Source: Histomonas meleagridis 2922-C6/04-290x
Lineage: Eukaryota > Protista > Parabasalia
Assembly: GCA_020184695.1 (NCBI GenBank)
Contig: JAANOX010000052.1
Coordinates: 193,060-257,059 of the forward strand
Length of the DNA stretch: 64,000 nt
Direction: 5' to 3'
The notes beneath the pieces are model-generated. The model was not told the origin of the DNA, did not search any database, and saw only the letters and a program-made list of their open reading frames with translations. Below, in pieces: positions 47,633-57,200 of the stretch (positions are counted from its first letter, which is position 1; every line of letters begins with the position of its first letter). A program made the position numbers and the translations under genes.

Positions 47633-48275
47633 TTTAAAAATGATATGATTGATTGATTTGATTTCATCATGTAATAAATTTCCATCTGACCAAATCTAAA
47701 TTTCACTCAAACAAAATTTTGAAAATTAAATACTCCGACGATTAATTTTGTCTGAAAAAGTATCAAGTTCAAAATAAATTTTTCAAAATAAATTTCAAAA
47801 TTTATGAATTATTTCTCCAATTTTAACAGCGCTTATGCATCAGCAACATAGAAAGTGTTAATTGCTACTTAAGCTGCGCTAAATAAAGTTTTTATTTTGA
47901 ATGGTTTCGGAAAGTAATGAAAGAAAATGGTATTATCATCATAATAAGTTTTTGGGTAAAATAAAAAAATGGGCAGAAAAATGAAATTAAAAAATAAAAG
48001 ATAACATCAAAAAGGTTTGGTTACTTCCAAAAATTGATTTGAATCAAATATTTAAACCTTAATTGGCTTTTAAGTAATGAATCGGTGTTGTTAATATACA
48101 ATCTATTTCAATTAATGTTACATTTTTCAAGATGAGATTAGTTAAAATGATTATATTATTCATTTTTGGACTTTCATTAAGAAAAAAACAATCATTTAAA
48201 TGTTGGCTTTGGGGTGCATTGATGTATCGGCATGGAGAACGTTATTTATGGCGGTTTTGTCCGGCCTTTTGCAGA

Positions 48276-48725
48276 ATGCCAACTCGCTTCAAGAAGTCTA
48301 GGAAACTTCGTGGTCAAGAATCTATGGGTTACGGACGTGTTGGAAAGCACAGGAAGTCACCAGGAGGTTGCGGTAACGCAGGTGGTCAACATCATCAAAG
48401 AACATGGTTTGATCGTTACCATCCAGGATACTTTGGTAAAGTTGGTATGCGTCGCCTCCATGTATTTAAGTGCCGTGAATGGGAACCAATCATCAACATT
48501 GATAAACTTTGGACATTAGTTCCAGAAGAAGTTCGCAATCAAGCAGCTTCTAAACAAGCAGGTGATGCAGTTCCAGTCATTGATTGTGTTGCCAATGGTT
48601 ATTTCAAAGTTGTTGGCCGTGGCGAACTCCCACAAATTCCATTAATCGTTCGTGCCAAAGATTTCTCACAATCAGCCGAAAGAAAGATCAAAGCTGCCGG
48701 TGGTGCATGTGAGAAAGTAAAATAA
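48276..48725 (+). CDS. RPL27A: 60S ribosomal protein L27a (uL15)
   Basis: [13 protein letters not shown]...[10 protein letters not shown]...[12 protein letters not shown]; upstream GGCGGTTT and CCTTT (M3/M5). Confidence 0.98.
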   Translation: MPTRFKKSRKLRGQESMGYGRVGKHRKSPGGCGNAGGQHHQRTWFDRYHPGYFGKVGMRRLHVFKCREWEPIINIDKLWTLVPEEVRNQAASKQAGDAVPVIDCVANGYFKVVGRGELPQIPLIVRAKDFSQSAERKIKAAGGACEKVK

Positions 48726-48927
48726 ACATTGCAATTTTTTAGCTAATTGATTTTTCACAATTTAAACTTTCAATGTATCAATTTTATAATACAAAAAATT
48801 TAAATAAATAAAGAGCAATAACAACAAACAAATGATTTATCGTTAAAAATGAATTAAACAATAAAACGTTTACATTCGATTTCGTCAAATTAATTGTCAT
48901 TTTATTATGATATTTTCAAAAAGCAAA

Positions 48928-50355
48928 TTACACCAATTTGAATATTCTTTTGTTCAACTTTTCAATTTGTTTCTCTATATATTGATTAATTTCATTTTGT
49001 ATATCTCCGTATATGTCGATACTATTAAACACCCCTCTCACAGTTCTGTTACATTTTGCTTCTATTTGTCCTATTGAAGACGCCAATTCGTCAGTATATC
49101 CATCGTTTATATCTTCAATGATATCATTTTCGCCTTTTTTTATTACATCGTTCACTTTATTTTTCAAGAAATTTAATTGTTTCTCTTTAATTTTCTTATG
49201 AAGGCCTTCGAACACAGTGTACTTCTTTGGGATTTCTTCATGTATGTACCGTTTGTACTTCTTAAAGATATCCATTTGTTGGATATGTGGTAATTTCTTT
49301 TCGATTTCATATATTAATTCTTGTGAAACATTATTTAGATCAATAAATAACGCGCTAACAATTTGTTCGTTTCGAAGTTGATCTTCATATTCTTTCATCA
49401 ATGAATTAATAGCTTCAAATTTCTTTCGAATAATGTCTTCTATTATCGGAGTCATATTTCTTTCTTCGGATTTTTGTATTTCATTGTTTAAAATTTGGTT
49501 GGCAATGATGTCTAAATTTTTGCTTTCGATTTTGCGGACAAGTTGTTCAAAGATATTACAATATCCTTCGGCATCAAACGTTATGTTCTTTCGTATTGTT
49601 TCGATATGTTCAAATAGTTTTCCTGAAAAGATATTAAAGCCATGTTCAAATTCTTTGGCAATATCTTCGTTTTTATTATTAATGTCATATTGGGGAAGCG
49701 GAATAACTTTATTGTGCTGGAAGTTTTTACCGAATTTGTCAAAGAAATAATTTGTAACATAATTTTGAATTTGGTCAAAATTGCCTTCACTTGGTTTGTA
49801 TTTGGATACATCTCGGACAAGAGTTATGAGGCGATTTTTATCAAAGATTTTCGTGCCTTGAGTAATGGAATCAACAATATTAATAATTTTTTTATACGTA
49901 TTGACTTCATGCGATGATATGTTGGGTGTAGTCATAGCAATAACTAAATGGGAAATGGCTGCATATGGTGCAATAAGTTGACCTAAAAGATAAGAACTGG
50001 CTTCAGGATTTGAATTACCCATTTCAAAACCATTGCAACCTTCTGTATCAATAAAGAAAATTTGCGTTTCGTCATTCTTTTCTGTTTTTCCCATTTTAAA
50101 CTTAAGTCTTAAATTTTGATATGAATATGGCCCATATATAAAAGCACCAGTTGTCTCTTCATTGGACCCATCACCTATAGCAATTGTGTTATCTCCTGTA
50201 AGCTTTTGTATTGTTGTGGATTTACCAATTTGATATGATCCGAAAATTGTTACGAAAATAATAGGCTTTCCTTGTGCCCTCATAACTGTAGATCGAAAAA
50301 TTTCTGGGTATAGTATAAATTTTGTCCTTGCTTTATCTCTCTGAGTGCAATGCAT
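48928..50355 (-). CDS. Guanylate-binding protein/atlastin-like (GB1/RHD3-type) GTPase with C-terminal helical region
   Basis: G1 GSYQIGKS, G2 ETTG, G3 IDTEG and G4 LVRD; start codon uncertain (50355 or downstream). Confidence 0.8.
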   Translation of the reverse strand: MHCTQRDKARTKFILYPEIFRSTVMRAQGKPIIFVTIFGSYQIGKSTTIQKLTGDNTIAIGDGSNEETTGAFIYGPYSYQNLRLKFKMGKTEKNDETQIFFIDTEGCNGFEMGNSNPEASSYLLGQLIAPYAAISHLVIAMTTPNISSHEVNTYKKIINIVDSITQGTKIFDKNRLITLVRDVSKYKPSEGNFDQIQNYVTNYFFDKFGKNFQHNKVIPLPQYDINNKNEDIAKEFEHGFNIFSGKLFEHIETIRKNITFDAEGYCNIFEQLVRKIESKNLDIIANQILNNEIQKSEERNMTPIIEDIIRKKFEAINSLMKEYEDQLRNEQIVSALFIDLNNVSQELIYEIEKKLPHIQQMDIFKKYKRYIHEEIPKKYTVFEGLHKKIKEKQLNFLKNKVNDVIKKGENDIIEDINDGYTDELASSIGQIEAKCNRTVRGVFNSIDIYGDIQNEINQYIEKQIEKLNKRIFKLV

Positions 50356-50577
50356 CCAAGAATTATTTCCAAATAAATTTCGTTGGCATTTTTTCAAATA
50401 TTTTGGGGCACCCTAATAATGAGCCACCATCAAACAACTTTATCTAAAAAAAAATAATTTTTATGCTTAAACAAGCAAAAACAAATCCATCCAATGCCTT
50501 GCTAAAAATATCATATTGATTTTTAATCAAAAAGAAAAAAAAAGATAAAAATTGAAAAAAAAAGTTTACAAATGATC

Positions 50578-50800
50578 CTTGGCAAACGACGTGAGCCCCA
50601 TTGAGTTAGACCTCGAAAGGCCCAATTCGATATCTCTATAAACAGACAAACTCATTGGCGAAATATCCCTAAAGATCATCTAAAGCCAATGGTCGCAATC
50701 ATAGCCTACACTCTCTGCTATTGTCTGGGGACTTTCCCGAGGGATGTAGAAGAAACAAGTTCTTCAGTGTGTAACCCTCATCGAATTCGCGCTCGCCAAG
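50578..50800 (-). ncRNA. RNase MRP RNA
   Basis: Minus strand has CR-I GGAAAGUCCCC and CR-V CUCAAUGGGGCUCA. P1 helix CUUGGCGAGCG/CGUUUGCCAAG, P2 GAAUUCGA/UCGAAUU, P3 GAGGG/CCCUC, a GAGAG loop hairpin and a downstream U-tract. Confidence 0.9.
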
Positions 50801-50910
50801 AATGGCCGACCTGGCAACGATAGGCCAAATTTGTGATAAAACGCGCTATCGTCAAAGCAGTTACGGTTTCTTTTCTTTGCCATAAAGTTCACTTTTGAAA
50901 ACCGTTTAAA

Positions 50911-52008
50911 ATGGATCTTGAAGCTTTCCAAAACCAGCAAATAACAAATGAAGAAATATCATCATTATTAGCCCCACTTAAAACCAATTTATCCGAAGAA
51001 AGCTTGAATAGTTTTTTCAATGATATTGTTGCTTCAAATATCAATTCGAATACAATAACGAAAATCATCAATGTTTTAATGCAAGACCTCTTTTCTCATG
51101 ACATAAATTATTTGAGGATTATATTTGAATTTGCTAAAGCAAACAATTTTATTAATGCAAACATTTTCGAACTCTATATCAAAGCTCTTGAAAACAATGA
51201 ATTATATCATGAGGCAGTAAAGGTTTTGATTGATCAGCAACCACCGGAAAGTGGTGAAGATGCCGACATGTTATCATATTATCTTCATATTGGCGAGGAT
51301 TACTACCTTGAAAACGACTATGATCAAGCCTTTTCATATCTTACTAAAATGCAGAAGCATGTTTTCCGACGTACCACTCCTCTTGCAATATTAAATAGAT
51401 TTGATGATCTTCGTGGAAAGCTTCAAGCAAATCGTAACAATTTCCTCGAAGCTGCACGTGCTTTTACCACCATTTGGGAGAATCCATCTGTTCCTGAACA
51501 AAAATTATCATCACTTCGAAAAGCGATAATTTGTGCTGTACTTTCCAAGATCTCTAAAAGTCGCTCATCACTTCTCTACCGTTACATAGATGATGAAGAC
51601 GTTCATAAGCTTGATGTATATTTCATACTTGATTTAATTGTCAAACGTAAATTCATTGATAGAGAAAATCGCGAACGATTTAAATCCATTGCTGTTAAAG
51701 AATTTGGTAGCAATGGCATCAATGCAATTGATTCGTCTTCAGTACAACATAATATTTCTGTTGCAGAAAAACTTTTTTCGTCAATTAAAATTGACAGACT
51801 TAGTCAATTAATCGGTGATTCACCAGCGAATGTGGAACTTCAACTCCGCAAAATGGTCGCGGACAAAGCATTGAATGCAAAAATTAACCAGCCAAATAAA
51901 ATGGTGCTGTTTGGGTTGGGCGATGAGTCTGACAAAGATGAAAGCATTCGAAACTTTTGCACTTCTGTGGATGAGTTAGTGCCAGTGCTAAAGCCGTTGT
52001 TGAATTAA
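50911..52008 (+). CDS. CSN4: PCI-domain protein, COP9 signalosome subunit 4-like
   Basis: FLEAARAF, QHNISVAEKLFSSIKIDRLSQLIG and ALNAKINQPNKMVLF. Confidence 0.75.
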   Translation: MDLEAFQNQQITNEEISSLLAPLKTNLSEESLNSFFNDIVASNINSNTITKIINVLMQDLFSHDINYLRIIFEFAKANNFINANIFELYIKALENNELYHEAVKVLIDQQPPESGEDADMLSYYLHIGEDYYLENDYDQAFSYLTKMQKHVFRRTTPLAILNRFDDLRGKLQANRNNFLEAARAFTTIWENPSVPEQKLSSLRKAIICAVLSKISKSRSSLLYRYIDDEDVHKLDVYFILDLIVKRKFIDRENRERFKSIAVKEFGSNGINAIDSSSVQHNISVAEKLFSSIKIDRLSQLIGDSPANVELQLRKMVADKALNAKINQPNKMVLFGLGDESDKDESIRNFCTSVDELVPVLKPLLN

Positions 52009-52119
52009 TAAGTAAAAAAAAGATGTTGTAAACGTTGTGTTACGTTTCATATCAAAATATATTGAAATTTAATTGTGATGCTGATGCTTTATATGGAAAT
52101 TAATAATGTTTTAAAAACA

Positions 52120-53930
52120 AATTCTTTCGCTTTTTTAATTTAGATCGATTGATAAATTTGTGCTACTTTATCTTCCATCTGCAACCTATAAGTGAGTGAT
52201 GATAAATGAAAAATATTCCGCAACAGGCTGTAATATTAAGTCAATAATAGTAATTATGTGTTTTTTTTCGTTTTTATCATCACCAACTTGATATACAACA
52301 TTGAAAAGATTGTTGATTGATCCTTTTGCTGGTATTGTTCCATCAACATTCATACCATACCTTTCAGAACTTTCATCAAAGGTTTATACTATTTCAATCT
52401 TACTTTCAACATATACATTAACATATTTTATTGCACAGTAATAGTATCCTTGGATTTTGATTGATGAGGATTCTTTAATTAAAACATATTACTTATAATT
52501 CAAAAAATCATTATTTTCCATACAATATTATATGATACAAAGATTTGGTTTCTACTACATAAGATGTATTTATTAAAGATATATATTTAACAAATCAATA
52601 AAAAAAATTTCTATACTCAAAAATAAAATAGAATTTTTGCAACATGATTATATAATTATACTATATAATCGTACATATTATTTTAATGAAAATATATTTA
52701 GCATTTTAAATATAAATTTCTGGGTATAATTTAAAAATATAATATTTCTTCCCTTTTTAATACAAAACCACTATCATATATTAGAATATTTGCATCTAAA
52801 AAGGTCATATATGTTGTTGTGTTACAGAAGCTTCACTTAAATATTCCGCTACATTTGTACCAAATTCCATAAAAAATAATTACAATAAGGAATTGCTAGA
52901 TCTCTACCATCTTTCCTTAAAACAACAAGTTTTCCATGTTCATTTTCATGGATATATTGTAAAAGTTTAAAAAGATTTTGTATTATTTCTTTTCTTGTTT
53001 GTGGATGATAACATACAAATAATACTGTACATGTTGCACCATCAATAAATCTAATTTTGCATCTTCTAAATCATAATCTTCTCTAGTATACTTAAGTATT
53101 TGTCCGTCACAAGTAGCATAAGTATCAATTTTTTGTCCTGAATTTGTTAAATTATTAACACAACAATATCATCAGGATAAGCATAAGGCCAATTAGCATT
53201 CCAAGCCATCCAATCTTTTTCATGATATTCTGGATTACCTGCGATTTGATAAGAATCATATACAGATGTTAATATGCTTGTCTTATTATAAACATAATCA
53301 AGATTCAATCTTATCTAAAATCCATAATATGATCAAATCCTAAACTGATAATTAATAGCTCTCGGTAAATAAAATCAAATTCTTTAATTTGTCATTCGGT
53401 ACACAACTTTTAAATTTCCAAAAGGATTTTCAAAAAAGAATTCATTTTTTCATTAGTATTTATAAGAAATATTTTTTCTGAGATAAAAAATGAAATTAAA
53501 TTCTCTTTGTACTTCAAAATAGTTTCTTTGTATAAACATGATAATAAACAAATTAATGACGGGCCTGAATCAAATTCATTAATCTTTTCTGCAAATATTG
53601 GTATAAATTCATCGACATATTTCAATACATTTAAAGTAAATTTTTTGAAATTCTTGATAAGCTGCAGTACGATTCCTATGAATCATGAAATCGAATATTT
53701 GCTGCGCCAACGAGTTTATTTATGTTTGGATTATATTATACTTTCTCTGTAAATGGTACACATGTACCTTTTCCTTGTGTAGTCTCTCGATAGCGCTTTG
53801 CCATTGTTACATGATTAACTTGTAAGAAAAAAATCCTTAAATTTCGTGCATGAATTTTCATTCCTTTTCGCATGCCTGAACATAGAATAGAAATATGGCC
53901 AGTGTCATCATTTGATAAAAACACATGACT
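52120..53930 (-). pseudogene. Fragmented coding-like relics of unknown genes
   Basis: Short broken frames such as WMAWNANWPYAYPDD and ORFs 53410-53625 and 53736-53924; no family recognised. Confidence 0.35.
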
Positions 53931-54244
53931 AATTCAATCGAATTGAACACATGATCAGATCAGATAATAAAAAATAAATTTTATTTTTCATTTGCAAAAT
54001 AAATTAATAATTTTATTTCAGCATTTTTGTTGAGTTATGATATTTTCGAGATATTTTAATTCTCGAATAGCTATGCTTGAATATTTTCAATGCATATCTG
54101 GTCGGATTCAAAAAAATTTGAACCCATCAAAACACGTTATTCACGAACATTTATATTGTATACAAAACGATAAAAATTTACTCAAAACATTTGTATAACC
54201 TCTTAATTTGCTCCAAGGTAACCATAAAACTACAAAAAATTTAC

Positions 54245-57200
54245 ATGGAATTTGGCGAGACTCAAAAAAGGAATATATCAAATCAAATTTTAATATATGA
54301 ATTATATGACAAAAATTATCCATATACAGTTTTTTTGATAACATGTCGATTAGTGTATTCATCTTTTGTTTCTCAAATGAAAGATTTTAAAATTTATTTT
54401 AATTTTTTAAGATTCTTGGAGAAAATATATGAGGAAATATGTAATTATAAAATGATGGATATTTTCTCAAGATATCTTTTTTCTCTAACTTCTCAAGAAT
54501 CACATTACCTTTTAGATGAAATGTTTGATCAAGGAATGATTGATGAAACAGAATTAACCAAAAAAAGTTGTTTATATTTCGCACAACATATGAAAAAAAA
54601 TGAAATCAACTCATTAACTATTGATCGGGCCAGTAAAGATGATATTAAATCTAATCAGTTTAATGAATCTTTTTTAAAAAATTATGAAGAACTTTCAAAA
54701 AACAATTGGGCACTTCATAAGCAATTAATCAAAGAAGGAGTTAATCCGAATGAAATTGCGAAAATAATTCGAAATGATGAAATAGAAAAACTTCAAGAAA
54801 TATCATCACAAACTGATTTTAATTATAATCAAAAAATTGAACCATCACTTTATGAAAGATGTTCATTTATTAATCAAGAAAATACGACATTAATTGATTA
54901 TGCAGCATTTTTCGGATCAGTTAAATGTTTTAAATATTTACTTATGAATGGCGCAAAATTAGAAAACACAGGTAAATATGCAATTGCTAGTGGAAATATA
55001 GAAATCATTCATTTATGTGAACAACATCATTCATCATTTTATGATTCATATGAAGCAGCTATTGAATTTCATCGATATGATATCTTTAAATATCTTTACG
55101 AAAATAAAATTGTTAAAACTATGCATTTAAATTTTTTATATAAAAAATGTATTGTAAATAATTCATATGAAATTTTTTCATATTTGCTTGATAAAGAAGG
55201 ATTGAAATTAGAAGCTTTCATATATGAATTGTCATCAACTGGAAATTTATATCTAATAAAATGTTTTTTTGAAGAATATCAATTACCAAATGATATATTT
55301 GTTTCTTGTGCAAGCTCAGGAAATATTGAACTTGTTAAATATTTTCTTTATAAAAAAATTGATGTTAATGTAAGTAATGTCTCTTTGAAAAATTGGGAAA
55401 TTGTTTATATTTCATTATGTTTCATATAAGTATTTGGTGAATATTTAAGTTTTTTGACACAGCTTTGTTTCTAGCATCTGAAAATAAACATTTAGAAATC
55501 ATTAAATTACTTGTTGAACAAAAAGGAATTGATATTAATGCAAAAAATATTTATTCGTTTTATTTAATAAATATTATAATATTTCAAAGTTTCAAAACAA
55601 TATTTGGAAATGACTTAAATTATTTGATACAGCACTTATATATGAATCTGAAAATGGTCATGAAGAAATAGTCAAATTGCTTCTTGAACAAAAAGGAATT
55701 AAAATTAATGCTAAAAATAAAATTTATTTTAATAATTTGATATTTTAAAATAATACATGGAAATTACTTAAATTATTCGATACAGCACTCACAAAAGCAT
55801 CTAGTTATGGTAAAATAGAAATAGTTAAATTACTTCTTGAACAAAAAGGAATTAAAATTAATGCTAAAAATAAAATTTATTTTAATAATTTGATATTTTA
55901 AAATAATACATGGAAATTACTTAAATTATTCGATACAGCACTCACAAAAGCATCTAGTTATGGTAAAATAGAAATAGTTAAATTACTTCTTGAACAAAAA
56001 GGAATTAAAATTAATGTTAAAAATAAAATTTATTTTAATAATTTGATATTATAAAATAATATTTGGAAATTATTTAAAATATTTGATACAGCACTTATGA
56101 AAGTATCTTCAAAAGGTCATACAGAAATAGTTAAACTACTACTTGAACGAAAAGAAATTGATATTAATGCTCAAGATATTTATTTGTTTTATTTAATATT
56201 TGTTTTAATAATTTAGAATTTCAAAATAATGTTTGGTAATTATTTAAATTATTTTATACAGCACTTATGAAAGCATCTAGAAATGGTTCTATAGAAATAG
56301 TTAAATTACTTCTTGAACAAAAAGGAATTGATATTAATGTTATAGATAATATTTATTTTAATAATTTAGAATTTCAAAATAATGTTTGGTAATTATTTAA
56401 ATTATTTGAAACAGCACTTGTTTGGGCATCTGAAAATAATCATGAAGAAATAGTTAAATTGCTTCTTGAACAAAAAAAGGAATTAAAATTAATGCTAAAA
56501 ATATTTATTTGTTTTATTTGATGTTTATTTTAATAATTTTATATTTCAAAATAATATTTGGAAATTATTTAATACAACACTTATTTGGGCATCTAAAAAT
56601 GGTCATACAGAAATAGTTAAATTACTTCTTGAACAAAAAGGAATTAAAATTAATGCTAAAAATAAATTTTATTTTTAATAATTTAGAATTTCAAAATAAT
56701 GTTTGGTAATTATTTAAATTATTTGAAACAGCACTTGTTTGGGCATCTGAAAATAATCATGAAGAAATAGTTAAATTAAAAAAAAAAAAAAAAGGAATTG
56801 ATATTAATGCTAAAGATATTTATTTGTTTTTATTTTGGATTTATTTTAATAATTTTATATTTCAAAATAATATTTGGAAATGATTAAAAATATTTAATAC
56901 AGCACTTATTAATGCATCTTTAAATGGTCATACAGAAATAGTTAAATTACTTCTTGAACAAGAAGGAATTGATATTAATGTTATAGATAATATTTATTTT
57001 AATAATTTTATATTTCAATATAATATTTAGAAATAATTTAAAATATTTGATACAGCACTTATTGTAGCATCTTGGAAAGGTCATACAGAAATAGTTAAAT
57101 TACTTCTTGAACAAAAAGGAATTAAAATTAATGTTAAAAATAAAATTTATTTTATATTTAAAATATTTGATACAGCACTTATGAAAGTATCTTCAAAAGG

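Noticed and set aside
55370-55462. Canonical GT-AG introns in the spacers (GTAAGT at 55370; GTTTTAT...ACAG in the 80-nt class)
   Set aside because: Splicing these pairs leaves the next module out of frame (immediate TAG in tested cases). The 63-nt class has no 5' GT, the 71-nt class has no AG, and there is no ACTAAC branch motif.
56778-56793. Poly-A tract replacing part of an ankyrin module as a retro-insertion signature
   Set aside because: Sibling units are normal and nearby homopolymer slips and Ns indicate local sequencing error.
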